Numbered from the stretch's first letter, positions 21,942 to 31,544 are shown. The stretch: 64,000 nt of DNA from an uncultured bacterium (GCA_963844835.1 CAWJPT010000002.1:58009-122008); one strand, 5' to 3'. Numbers and translations: made by a program. The notes: generated by a model from the letters alone, not told the origin.

Positions 21942-22421
21942 TCAGGTCACTGTGGCTTTTCGCGCTTTTCGTGTTGCGTCCCATCGGCAACGATCGGAGC
22001 AATACAGCCTCGGCCGGCCACGTCGGTTTCTGTGTGATCGGTGCCCCGCACCGTTGACATGTTTCCGGGTGTGGCACTCGGTCCAGCGACGAGGACTCTG
22101 CAGATATCGGGTTGCTGCTGGCCTGACTGACGGCGGTAGATAGTCGTCAACGAGTGCGAGCAGATCACGGGCTGCTTTGATGTGTTCGCTCCCCACCATC
22201 ATGTCATCGCACCACTCGCGGATCCGCCGCCACCACTTGGCCAGCACACGGCGCAATGTCGCCTCGGGACAGTGGTGCGGCCCGTCTATCTCGATGACCT
22301 GCTGCCGGAGGTGGTCAAGTAGATGCTCATCGAGCTGGTCGGCGTCAACGGTGCGTCGACACTCGCTGCATGTCCATGGTGGACCGCCTTCGATCGCTGC
22401 TGTCGGAACGTAGAGCTTCAC
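21942..22421 (-). CDS. One or two small zinc-finger hypothetical proteins
   Basis: 'CSECRR...HLLDH' and 'CQRCGAPI...GRPRLYCSDRCR' motifs; start overlaps the helicase stop. Confidence 0.5.
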   Translation of the reverse strand: MKLYVPTAAIEGGPPWTCSECRRTVDADQLDEHLLDHLRQQVIEIDGPHHCPEATLRRVLAKWWRRIREWCDDMMVGSEHIKAARDLLALVDDYLPPSVRPAATRYLQSPRRWTECHTRKHVNGAGHRSHRNRRGRPRLYCSDRCRWDATRKARKATVT

Positions 22422-23872
22422 TGGTGTGTCCCCCCTTCGATGATCTCGCCGCCGAGCATCTCGGTGATGTTGACGAGCGCCTCCGATTCGGTGACTGGTT
22501 CGAGTGCGTTGAGCGACTCACTGTCAGGGTCTGCGTCTGGAGTGTGTGCGTGTGCGTTCTCTACAAACGCACTGACGCACTCACCACTACTGCGTTGACG
22601 CACTGGCAACGCACTGGAACGCACTGACGCACTGACGGTGTGAAGATGACTATTTTGGGGTCCGGTTGTCCGGTCGATGACGCCCGCCTCTATGCCGCGT
22701 CTGAGAGCATCCCGGATAGTCTTCTGCGTATGGTCACTGTCATCTAGTGCCCTTTCAATGGCCCGTCCCGATAGGCCAACGTCGGATGCTGTGAGCACTT
22801 CGATAATGGCGTCGAGGGCCTCATCGGTGGCCGTGTCATGTCGACTGCCGCCACCGATTGTGTAGTGGTGGTTCTCAGGGTCGAACACAATCAATTGCTC
22901 AGACTGGTCGACGTCCCGCCCGTACGCTTTGATGTAGCACGGGGATGCCAAGTCATCGGCGTCTGCCTTAACCAATTTCCATTCGGCGTCTGGCCAATCA
23001 CGCCACCGGGAGTCACCTCGGGGTCGCTCTTTACTTCGTCCACCGGTATCGGCCTGGTGGCCCATATGGTGGCAAACAATGATCTCAGAGACACTTGTGT
23101 GCGCCCGTAGTTCGTCCAGCCGTGCTAGCCACCGACCCACGTCCCGGTTCTCATCGAGTCCCGCAGCATCAAGGCATGGCCGTGCCGGGTCGACGATAAG
23201 CATGGCGCATCGGTCCTCATCGAGTACTGCGACCCAATACCAGAACGTCTGCTCGTCCATGATGTTGAACGCTCCAGCGCATCCGCGGAGATCCACCAGT
23301 TTGACGGCGTCAACGTTTCGGATGCCTTGCAACTTCAACCAGCGTTCGTCTAGTCCCCGCCCGTTTTCGAGCGATAGGACATAGACGGTGTGGCCGGGGT
23401 GGATAGGTTCAACCGGGTATTGCCCAAGCCACGGGTCACCGTCAACAACACTCCGCACTAGGTTGTTGCGAGCTGTTGACTTCCCCGCTTTAGCCTGTGA
23501 CGACAACACGCCGTTTCCACCCTTCGGTAGCCACCCTGCGATACGTGCCGGGGTCTCCCGGTACGGGTTGTGGATCATTTCGGCGAGCGAAATTGCTGCG
23601 GGGATCTCATCAGGTCGGAATTGCTCGGCGTTGAATTGCTCGAGTGCTGCCTGCCGGACTCGCATCCGTTCAACTTCGATCTGTACCTGCCACGAATCGG
23701 GTCGGTGCTCCACCGGGGGTGTAATGATCGACGCCACCCGTTGCTGTTCGGCACAGGTCAATGGCCGCGGTACGTCCCAATCATCAGACGGGCTAAACGG
23801 TTCGACCTTCGATGCTTTTCTTTGATCTCCTCGTCGTGGCGCTGCCGCGGCGTCGGCTGCTCCCGAACCCAT
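22418..23872 (-). CDS. RepA-like AAA_25 helicase (replication protein); true start may be at 23988
   Basis: 'IAGWLPKGGNGVLSSQAKAGKST' Walker A, 'MLIVDP' Walker B, 'VCHHMG', 'PRGDS', C-terminal wHTH. Confidence 0.8.
   Translation of the reverse strand: MGSGAADAAAAPRRGDQRKASKVEPFSPSDDWDVPRPLTCAEQQRVASIITPPVEHRPDSWQVQIEVERMRVRQAALEQFNAEQFRPDEIPAAISLAEMIHNPYRETPARIAGWLPKGGNGVLSSQAKAGKSTARNNLVRSVVDGDPWLGQYPVEPIHPGHTVYVLSLENGRGLDERWLKLQGIRNVDAVKLVDLRGCAGAFNIMDEQTFWYWVAVLDEDRCAMLIVDPARPCLDAAGLDENRDVGRWLARLDELRAHTSVSEIIVCHHMGHQADTGGRSKERPRGDSRWRDWPDAEWKLVKADADDLASPCYIKAYGRDVDQSEQLIVFDPENHHYTIGGGSRHDTATDEALDAIIEVLTASDVGLSGRAIERALDDSDHTQKTIRDALRRGIEAGVIDRTTGPQNSHLHTVSASVRSSALPVRQRSSGECVSAFVENAHAHTPDADPDSESLNALEPVTESEALVNITEMLGGEIIEGGTHQ
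22567..22633 (+). repeat. Six ACGCACT iteron-like repeats
   Basis: Copies at 22567, 22575, 22598, 22609, 22619 and 22627, with inverted GTGCGT copies just upstream. Confidence 0.75.
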
Positions 23873-23984
23873 TCGCCATCGACCATTACCTGTCCGGGAT
23901 CGGCGCTATCCTGTCGCGCTATCGCTGCCCGGCGATTTATCAGGACCCCGCCCCCCGTTAGGCGGGGTTTCTGCATTCTGGGGG

Positions 23985-24190
23985 TCATTCCGCGGCTGCT
24001 TCCCTGGTCCCGGTGCGGGTCTGGTCGTTGAGCCACGCCTCGATGTCGCTGCGCCGGTATCGCACATGTCGACCGACCTTGACGAAAGCTGGCCCTTTAC
24101 CATCGATGAGCCGCCACTGAGCGAGCGTGATCGGGTGTATCCCGAGCTTGGCTGCAAGCGCGTCGGTGTGATTAGCGGGTTAATGGTCAT
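23985..24190 (-). CDS. Excisionase/AlpA-like HTH protein, frameshifted
   Basis: Reconstructed 'DALAAKLGIHPITLAQWR..GKGPAFVKVGRHVRYRRSDIEAWL'. Confidence 0.75.
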
Positions 24191-24287
24191 TGTGATCCTC
24201 GGTTGATACCGCTTGACCCGATAGTCCCACTAGGTGTACGATATGGGAAGAATGTGTCCACGTTGGCAAAACGAAAGCGAGAGACTG

Positions 24288-24787
24288 ATGACACTGGATG
24301 AAGTGATAGCAGAGAACGTGAAGCGGATAAGAAAGATTCGACGACTGTCGATCGAGCACTGGCACGGAGACTCGGGTTGAACCGCTATGTGGTCTACGAG
24401 TTTAAGGGTAGGCGCCGTGATCGACAGCAACGACCGTTTCGGTGGGTGGAGCTGGTGGACCTGTGCGCGGCTTTGCAAGTCAGCCTGTTTGAGCTAGTGT
24501 CTGCCTCAACGGGAGAAGAGATCGATCGGCCGGGGCTAGTACAGGAGTTGTGGCCGACGGACCGCGGACGCGAACTGGCAAGGACACAGGCTGCGCAGTC
24601 GCCTGGATGGATGCTGTTCGACATGGATGGGAACAAGCTAGACCAGAACACGCTGGCACGTTCGCAAGGCTTCGGAAGCGAGAGGATGACGAGATGCTCG
24701 GCGGGATAACGAGTTAATCGGGCCGATGGTGGAGCGAATTCGGCACGACTTGGAGCTTCAGCGCACTCAAGGCAGAGATGCAACTGA
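24288..24787 (+). CDS. XRE-like HTH repressor, frameshifted
   Basis: 'MTLDEVIAENVKRIRKIRRLS...LARRLGLNRYVVYE...ELVDLCAALQVSLFELV'; divergent from the excisionase. Confidence 0.65.
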
Positions 24788-24799
24788 GGAGGACAGCTA

Positions 24800-25830
24800 A
24801 TGGCGCACGTACGCAAACACCCGAAGTCGGGACGGTGGCAGGTTCGATACCGTGACCCGTCCGGCCGGGAACGCTCAAAGACGTTCGGTCGGCAAGATCG
24901 ACGCGGACCGGTACGCGGCGACCGTGGTCGCCGATGTGGTGCGGCGGCCAGTTCATCGACCCGCAACTCGGAAAGGCGACCGTGGCCGAGATGGCCGAAC
25001 GGTGGCTACAGACCAGGCAACATCTCGCGCCGGCGACCCGCAACCAGGACCGCTACATGCTGTCCGTTGCGCTGGAAAGGTTCGGGTCGCGACCGATAGC
25101 GTCGGTGCGAAAGTCTGAGGTTGCCGCGTGGTTGTCGGGGTTGACTGTCGCGCCGGCGACCGCGGGGAAGATGGTGCAGAAGCTGTCGGCAGTGTTCGCC
25201 CTGGCCGTGGATGACGGTGCGATCAAGTGAAACCCTTGTGACGGGGTGCCCGCCCGTCGCAGGCATCGAAACGAACCGGACGGGCATTGACTGACGGTGA
25301 GATACAGACGGTGCTCGATGCCGCGAACAGGTAGACGAACGAGCCGCCACGCTGGTTTGGGTGAAGGCTCGTGCGGTCTGCACGTGGGAGAAGCGCTCGG
25401 GCGGCGCGCGGCGATATCGAGGGGACGACGTTGCGCGTCGGCGTAGTATCGGCAAGGACGGTTCTGTGCGTCCCGTCAAGGGTCGCAACCGTGACGGTAG
25501 GTCTATTCCTATCCCGACCGATCTCGCTGGCCGTCTGAGTCGTCACATAGCGTCACAAACGGTGATGCCGTTGGAGGGGTGGCTGTTCTGCGCCCCGCAG
25601 GGTGGCCGGTTGCGTTATGACAATAGGCGTAGCCGGGTGTGGAGCCGGATTGTCGAGGTTGCCGGGATCGGTGAGGTTCGCCCGCACGATCTGCGCCACA
25701 CGATGGCGACCCGGCTGTTTATGCCGACGGATGGTCGGTGCCGCAGGTGCAAACGTACCTCGGACACATCGAACCGGCGTTAACACTTCGGGTCTATACG
25801 CACATGCGCTGCGGAGCAGCTCCCGCAGCC
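24800..25830 (+). pseudogene. Tyrosine integrase, disrupted (several frameshifts and an in-frame TGA at 25228)
   Basis: Arm-binding N-terminus 'GRWQVRYRDPSGRERSKTF', 'AVDDGAIK*NPC', 'RPHDLRHT', 'LGH...TLRVY'; adjacent to att. Confidence 0.85.
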
Positions 25831-25832
25831 GT

Positions 25833-25855
25833 CCCACGGACACTTTGCGGACACC
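25833..25855 (+). repeat. 23-bp direct repeat copy 2, candidate integrase arm site
   Basis: Identical to 18660-18682. Confidence 0.8.
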
Positions 25856-25915
25856 CTCGAGGGTTGATAGGTCGAATAGCCCGTATTCATTAGAGGATTC
25901 GGGGCTATATACCTA

Positions 25916-25963
25916 CTCCCTTACAAGGAGGAGGTCACTGGTTAGAGTCCGGTAACACCCACG
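25916..25963 (+). repeat. att core, duplicated tRNA-Val 3' half
   Basis: 46/48 identical to 18497-18544. Confidence 0.92.
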
Positions 25964-26334
25964 CGGACCTGCTGGGGCAGGTCCGTTGACAGTTCCCTGT
26001 GGAAACTGCATCGTTGCCAGGCGTCTCAGTTCAGGGACTGTCCTGCCGGGCCCACTGAGCTTCGCTGAGTGGGTTGGAGTTGCTGCGCAACTCTGGCCCT
26101 CGCAGATCTGCCGGGGCAGGCCTACTGGCAGTTTCCTATCTGCTCAAATGACGCGCGCCAGGATCTGGCCCGCAGACGAAAGTGGACTAGACAACAGACA
26201 TCGTCTGCCGCTGTAGCGCTGAACATGTGGCTGAGAAGTCGTGGCTGAGCCAGCTGATGTTGCGCTGCTCCTGGGGTTTGGTGCTGACCCGGAAGCGAAC
26301 CCCGGGATACCGGGCGCACATGTCTTCTGTCGGA

Positions 26335-27083
26335 TCATCCTCCGGAGGACGCAGGCTCGTCCCACATGGATCGAGCCTCGACAACTACGTCTGGTCCCGG
26401 CGAGCGCAGCTCGAGCTGCTGTATCGCCTCTCCGACATTCTCGATGTCGTCTCGCTCAACCTGAACGATGACCAGTTGCCGGATCTCATCGACAAGAACG
26501 GCGCTGCGGGAGTCGCAACGTCCGTCCACAGCGGCAGCGACCCGCGCCGCCTCGTCGAGCCGTGTACGCAGATCCTCCATCGTGTACTCGACGTCCCTAT
26601 ACACGATCTCGAGATCGCTCTCGTAGGCGCCGGCAACGTTCTCGAACAAGTCCCTTGGTGCTCGGGTTGGTCTCAGAACCACAACTCTGAAACTGGGGAC
26701 ATGCTCAAAGACAACACCCGCATACCAGTCTCCGGTCGCTTCGGTCAGTCGACGGTGGAACTCCGCCGCCAGCTCCTGCTGTCTGAGCTGCAGCTCCGCT
26801 TGTTGCGGGTCGATCCCGAATGTTTCGGCGTAGGCCTGGATTGCACCCGCTTCGATCTCTGTCACGTCGCCAGAGCCGACCGAGCTCGAAGCAGCCGTCT
26901 CCACCGTTGCTGTGGGACCTGCGAACACGGGAGAGCTGGTCTCGGCGCTGACCGCTGTTGTGGTGACCTCCTCGGCAGGCGAGTCACCGGTTTCGGCGGC
27001 GCATCCCGCGAAGGAGGACCAGCGCGACGGGCGCGATCAGGGTCGTCGGGAGTGATGATGAGCGTGCTGCGTGGTTGCACCAT
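26335..27083 (-). CDS. Putative lipoprotein, frameshifted in the signal region
   Basis: Reconstructed lipobox 'LVLLAGC', Thr/Ser-rich linker, 'AYAETFGIDPQQAELQLRQQE' helical domain. Confidence 0.5.
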
Positions 27084-27215
27084 CGGCCAAGCATTGTGTC
27101 CTGTGTCCCCTCGAGGAACTCGTCTCAGCCCTTTGACGTTGCCGGACGTTGCCAAGGTTCCCCGGTTGCCGTCACTCACGATCTCCCGTTCAGCCCGACG
27201 CTGCTTGCATTTCGA

Positions 27216-28218
27216 TCAGACACCAGTGTCGGCGCCATCGCCAGGCTGCGGTTCCTGGGGCCACCAGCTGCGTCGGCCGCGTGGTTTCCCGAAGCTCTCG
27301 GGCCACGATTCTCCGGCGAGGTCGCCTGCCATGTCTCGATCTGCGTGCTCGAGCAGCGAATCGAGGTCGAAGCTGTGGTCGTCGATCGTCTCCATCAAAT
27401 CGCCTCGCTCCTCATACCGTGCGGCAAAACCGACCATCGGAAAGTCTGCGAGCTCGGCCTCCGGTACCTCATCCCAGGTCAGTGGAGCAGAGACCCATCC
27501 GGTGGGACGTACCGAGTATGCGCTGGCGACGGTGCGGTCACGGCTGTTCTGGTTGTAGTCGATGAAAACACCGTGGCGATTCTCTTTCCACCACTGTGTG
27601 GTGACGATGTCGGGCCTGCGGCGCTCGACCTCGCGGCCGAGCGCGAGGGCCGCCTTTCGCATCTCGAGAAACGTGTATCGAGGCTCGACCCTGACGTAGA
27701 TGTGAATGCCTTTCGACCCGGATGTCTTGGGAAAGCCAACCAGACCGAAGTCGGTGAGCACCTGCCTTGACCTGCAGAGCCACCTGTTGCACATCGGCCC
27801 AAACCGCCTGTGGCGTGGGATCCAAGTCGATGCGGAGCTCGTCCGGGCTCTCTACGTGCTCTGCCCGCGATGGCCACGGATTGAGGTCGACACAGTTGAG
27901 CTGGGCCATCCAGACGACGTCGGAAGGTGACCTGGGCACGAAGTAGCCGGCGGTCCGTCCCGAGGGGAACTTCACGAAGTATCGCTCGCCCGCTGAAGCC
28001 GGCGCTCGTTTCCGGAAGTACGGCCTCTCTCCGACTCCCCTGGGAAAGCACTTCAGCATGGTCGGTCTGCCGAATACCCCGGTTAGGGCACCGTCGGCGC
28101 ACGCCACGTAGTGCTCGACCAGGTCGAGCTTGGTCCACCCTTGCTCGGGGAACATCACCTTCTCAGGGTGGGTCACCTCGATCTCATCACCGTCGATCGA
28201 GAATCGTGCTTTCTCCAT
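27216..28218 (-). CDS. LigD-type primase-polymerase domain protein, frameshift near 27770
   Basis: 'VTHPEKVMFP', 'PDELRIDLDP', 'KTSGSKGIHIYV', 'FIDYNQNSRDRTVASAYSVR'. Confidence 0.88.
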
Positions 28219-28262
28219 GCGTCGATTCTGCCAGCGTGGTTGGCCTGTCGCCTGCGACGCGC

Positions 28263-28757
28263 TCAGTCGGCGCGGTGCATCACGAGGCATTCTTCGATGC
28301 CGAACAGCCGCTGGGCGCGCAACTCGGCGGGTGGGAAAGCGTGGCGCATCGTGGTCACCGGCACGACCCGCGGTTGATCGACCACAACGGTCTCGCCTTC
28401 GTAATCCAACGTCGCAGAACCGGCGGCGATGAAGTTGCGCAGCCAATCGGTTTCGGCACCGTACGGGAGACCGGTCACAAAAGTATCGTCGACGCGTGTC
28501 ACCCCGATGGGTGTCACATACGGCTTTCCGGACTTCCTGCCAGTGTGATGGAGCACCGCGGCATATGCGCCGGGCTTGCCCGCAGTCTCGAGCTGCCGCG
28601 GATTCATGTACTTCCTGTTCATGCGCCTCACCCCGTTCACTACGAACGGCACTCTGAAGCGCATGCCGAGCAGAAATGCGGCGGCGGCAGTGCCCAATAC
28701 GGCAACCGGAATCATGAGGAGTCTGCTGACTCGGTGGGTACTCGTATCACCGCACAT
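28263..28757 (-). CDS. Deazaflavin-dependent nitroreductase family protein
   Basis: 'HTGRKSGKPYVTPI', 'LPYGAETDWLRN'. Confidence 0.8.
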   Translation of the reverse strand: MCGDTSTHRVSRLLMIPVAVLGTAAAAFLLGMRFRVPFVVNGVRRMNRKYMNPRQLETAGKPGAYAAVLHHTGRKSGKPYVTPIGVTRVDDTFVTGLPYGAETDWLRNFIAAGSATLDYEGETVVVDQPRVVPVTTMRHAFPPAELRAQRLFGIEECLVMHRAD

Positions 28758-28870
28758 TTTGCTTCTCCTTCTCGCGAGATCCTTTCATCATGGCAAATGT
28801 GGCGGGCGGCTGAAAATGGACATTTGGCCGTAGTCGGGCGTGGCTTCTTTGGACAAGATGAACGGGAGTC

Positions 28871-29176
28871 ATGAGAGGAGCGGGAGTGAGCGAGGCGAGA
28901 GAGAGCACACCGGAAGAGCGGGCACAGAGGCGTGTCAAGAGGTTCACCGATGTCATGTGGCACCTGGCCACCTTCATCATCATCAACGGATTTCTTTGGT
29001 TCATCGACTTGCGCCGCGGTGGGCTCGAGTGGGCCTACTGGGTGACGATTGTCTGGGGGATTGGCCTTGCGTTCCATGTCGCTGATGCGTTCATCGGCGA
29101 TGAGGGCGCCAAGAATCGTCGCTATCGGAAGATCCTCGAGGAAGAGCGTCGTAGCGACACAGGTAGTTCTGAGTAG
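28871..29176 (+). CDS. 2TM domain protein
   Basis: 'WHLATFIIINGFLWFI...WGIGLAFH'. Confidence 0.8.
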   Translation: MRGAGVSEARESTPEERAQRRVKRFTDVMWHLATFIIINGFLWFIDLRRGGLEWAYWVTIVWGIGLAFHVADAFIGDEGAKNRRYRKILEEERRSDTGSSE

Positions 29177-29208
29177 CGGGCTGGTGTCTTCGGTGAAGGA
29201 GAGACGAA

Positions 29209-30132
29209 ATGAGCTGGAGCACTGCTGACATCCCAGACCTCACCAGCAAGGTGGCCGTTGTCACCGGCGCAAACGGCGGGCTCGGGTTTGAATCAGCGAA
29301 GGCGCTCGGAGGAGCGGGCGCACATGTTGTCATGGCAGCACGTGACCAGTTGAAGGCTCGAAGCGCCTACGACACGATCAAGGCCGCATATCCGGATGCA
29401 TCACTCGAGATCGTCCAGCTCGACCTGGGCTCGCTCTCATCGGTGCGCACTGCGACTGCTGAGATAGCGGGGAATCATCCGCAGATCGACATCCTGCTCA
29501 ACAACGCCGGGGTGATGGCGATGCCGGAGCGAAGGACCGAGGATGGCTTCGAGCTGCAGTTCGGTGTCGACCACCTCGGTCACTGGGTGTTCACCTGCGG
29601 CTTGCTGAAATCGCTCCTCGCTGCGAACCAGGCGCGAGTGGTCACGGTCACTAGCACGGCGCACCACATCGGCAGGAGTGTGAACCCGGAGAACCCGAAC
29701 CTCGACGGCGCGTACGGGCCCTGGAAGGCATACGGGCAGGCAAAGCTGGCCAACTATCACTTCGCCATCGGTCTCCAGCGCGAGTTCGAGAGCAGGGGCC
29801 TCGCCGCGATGAGCCTCGCGGCCCATCCAGGTCTTGCTCACACGAATCTCCAGGTGCGCTCGGTCGAGGAGGGTGGTGGTGGAAGAAGTGCGCCCATGTG
29901 GGCTTGGTTCGCCGCCCACATGGGCATGAAGCCGTCCGGCGGGGCACTGCCACAGCTGCGGGCCGCGACGGATCCCGCCGCACAGGGAGGCCAGCTCTAT
30001 GCTCCCCGCTTCATCAACAACGGGCCGCCGGTGCGCCGGCCGATCCTGCGGCGCATCGGGCTGCGAAGGGCTATCGAGAATCTCTGGGACATCTCTGAGA
30101 GGATGACGGACACCAGGCTCGACTTCGGGTAG
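29209..30132 (+). CDS. SDR family oxidoreductase
   Basis: 'VTGANGGLG', 'NNAGVM', 'YGQAK'. Confidence 0.92.
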   Translation: MSWSTADIPDLTSKVAVVTGANGGLGFESAKALGGAGAHVVMAARDQLKARSAYDTIKAAYPDASLEIVQLDLGSLSSVRTATAEIAGNHPQIDILLNNAGVMAMPERRTEDGFELQFGVDHLGHWVFTCGLLKSLLAANQARVVTVTSTAHHIGRSVNPENPNLDGAYGPWKAYGQAKLANYHFAIGLQREFESRGLAAMSLAAHPGLAHTNLQVRSVEEGGGGRSAPMWAWFAAHMGMKPSGGALPQLRAATDPAAQGGQLYAPRFINNGPPVRRPILRRIGLRRAIENLWDISERMTDTRLDFG

Positions 30133-30454
30133 CCGCCTGGTAAGCAGCGATAGCGGCCTCATAGTCGGATTGGTCGGCCTCAACCGAGATTTCGTGGACC
30201 TCGTCTTCGGTGAGGAACGATGACATGCCCGCCGAGTCGGCGGACGCTGCGCTGCTCACAGCATCATCTGCGGCGGCGATACCACACGCTGCCAGGAGGA
30301 CCGCAAAGCCGTGGTCAGGATGAGGAGGGGCACGGGCAGGGCACGGCGTCGAGTCATCATATCGACATGTCACCAGGCATTCATGGGAGCTGACTGGGGG
30401 GAGCCTTCGAGTCTCCTGTGAGTCGCCATCGGCAGGCACTAGTAGGGTCCTCAC

Positions 30455-30952
30455 ATGCGCAACGACTACATCGACTCTTCGATCGAGGCGTGGGAGTCGG
30501 AGAAACCGGGGCTCGACGTGGCACCGGTCGCGGTGTTCGGCCGGATCCGCAGAGCGGCTACCTTGATCGACGAGCGGATCACCTCGGTGCTCGCCCGTTT
30601 CGGAATTCGGAACACGGGGGATTTCGACACGATGGCGACGCTGCGGCGGGAAGGTGTGCCCTTCCAATTAGCACCGAAGGAGCTCTCGGTACGACTGCTG
30701 GTCACATCGGCGGGGCTCTCCGGTAGGCTCGATCGCCTCGAGGCCTCGGGATGGATCGAACGCGCCCCGCACCCAGAGGACGGCAGGGCAACCATCGTCA
30801 GTCTCACCAATGCGGGCCGGGAGATAGTCGATGCGGTACACAGGCACATTCTCGACGAATACCGCAACTCACTCAGCGGTATGACCCTCGAGGATCGTGG
30901 CGAATTGGCGACGCTACTGCGGGCGGTCCTGGTCAATCTCGGGGATTCCTGA
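30455..30952 (+). CDS. MarR family transcriptional regulator
   Basis: 'FDTMATLRREG', 'RLDRLEASGWIER.PHPEDGR..IVSLT..G'. Confidence 0.88.
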   Translation: MRNDYIDSSIEAWESEKPGLDVAPVAVFGRIRRAATLIDERITSVLARFGIRNTGDFDTMATLRREGVPFQLAPKELSVRLLVTSAGLSGRLDRLEASGWIERAPHPEDGRATIVSLTNAGREIVDAVHRHILDEYRNSLSGMTLEDRGELATLLRAVLVNLGDS

Positions 30953-31026
30953 GCACCAGAAAACGCCTTGCTAGCTAACTACTGATCAACTAGCTTGTCT
31001 CGAGCGGCATGGTGCCACGCGCCCCG

Positions 31027-31251
31027 TTTTCGGGCATGAGAGAAAGGCTGCGCATGGGTCGCAGATTGGACCCCGCCTACTTCGCAGAAGACGAAGAGGG
31101 TTGGGATCAACCCCGCCACGGCGGACAGGGCATTGACGGCCAGCCCAAGGGGGGCTCGAACAGGCGTCGAACTAGTAGCAAGAACGCATACCACGGTAGA
31201 GGTAAGCGTTCCCGTCGCAACCGCGACGGCTGGGATCGATTCGACGACTGA
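31027..31251 (+). CDS. Small hydrophilic hypothetical protein
   Basis: Short charged, low-complexity ORF in an otherwise unexplained intergenic gap; no recognisable domain. Confidence 0.35.
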   Translation, partial: FSGMRERLRMGRRLDPAYFAEDEEGWDQPRHGGQGIDGQPKGGSNRRRTSSKNAYHGRGKRSRRNRDGWDRFDD

Positions 31252-31335
31252 GACCTCGCAATCTGTGAGCCGGCGTTCCGGCTCCTATCCATGAATCGGG
31301 CGACGACGCCCCCGGCATCTCGAGAAAGAGAAACC

Positions 31336-31503
31336 ATGTCAGGTGTAGCCAAGGTACGCACCACAAAGGTCCGCCAGCAGCACAGCGCAGTCAAGCAAAC
31401 CAAGCCGGGCAAGCCGGTGAATGGCGCCAACCTCGTGAATCAGCGTGAAGGATCGACCAAGAAGGCAGCGCGGAAGCAAACGGCGTCACATCGCGCCAAA
31501 TAG
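31336..31503 (+). CDS. Small very basic hypothetical protein (55 aa)
   Basis: Purine-rich RBS-like GAGAAAGAGAAACC before ATG; K/R-rich; followed by a hairpin. Confidence 0.5.
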   Translation: MSGVAKVRTTKVRQQHSAVKQTKPGKPVNGANLVNQREGSTKKAARKQTASHRAK

Positions 31504-31518
31504 CGACGCCAAGTCAGT

Positions 31519-31542
31519 CCGGGAGGGGTGGCACCCTCCCGG
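31519..31542. terminator. GC-rich hairpin between convergent genes
   Basis: CCGGGAGGG-gtggca-CCCTCCCGG. Confidence 0.6.
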
Positions 31543-31544
31543 CA

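Larger units (their letters stand above)
18497..25963. mobile_element. tRNA-Val-integrated element, phage-satellite/PICI-like, ~7.4 kb
   Basis: Bounded by a 48-bp direct repeat of the tRNA 3' half; contains a tyrosine integrase, HTH regulators, AAA helicase and HNH; no recognisable capsid, portal or tail genes. Confidence 0.88.

Noticed and set aside
22567-22633. CRISPR-like array
   Set aside because: 7-bp units with spacers of 1-16 bp and no cas genes; fits iterons better
25228-25230. In-frame TGA in the integrase as selenocysteine or readthrough
   Set aside because: Not a Cys or redox position (K-x-NPC) and no clear SECIS; more likely a nonsense mutation or base error
25916-25963. Second tRNA-Val gene
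   Set aside because: Only the anticodon-to-acceptor 3' half is present, with no D-arm or 5' acceptor strand and a mutated T-loop; it is the att duplication
26227-27558. 443-aa plus-strand ORF and similar long antisense ORFs (e.g. 34848-36104, 48910-50088)
   Set aside because: Shadow ORFs opposite genuine genes in GC-rich DNA, with no recognisable motifs
30971-30997. AGCTAGTTG-like motif shared with 50867-50875
   Set aside because: A 9-bp match between unrelated intergenic regions is compatible with chance
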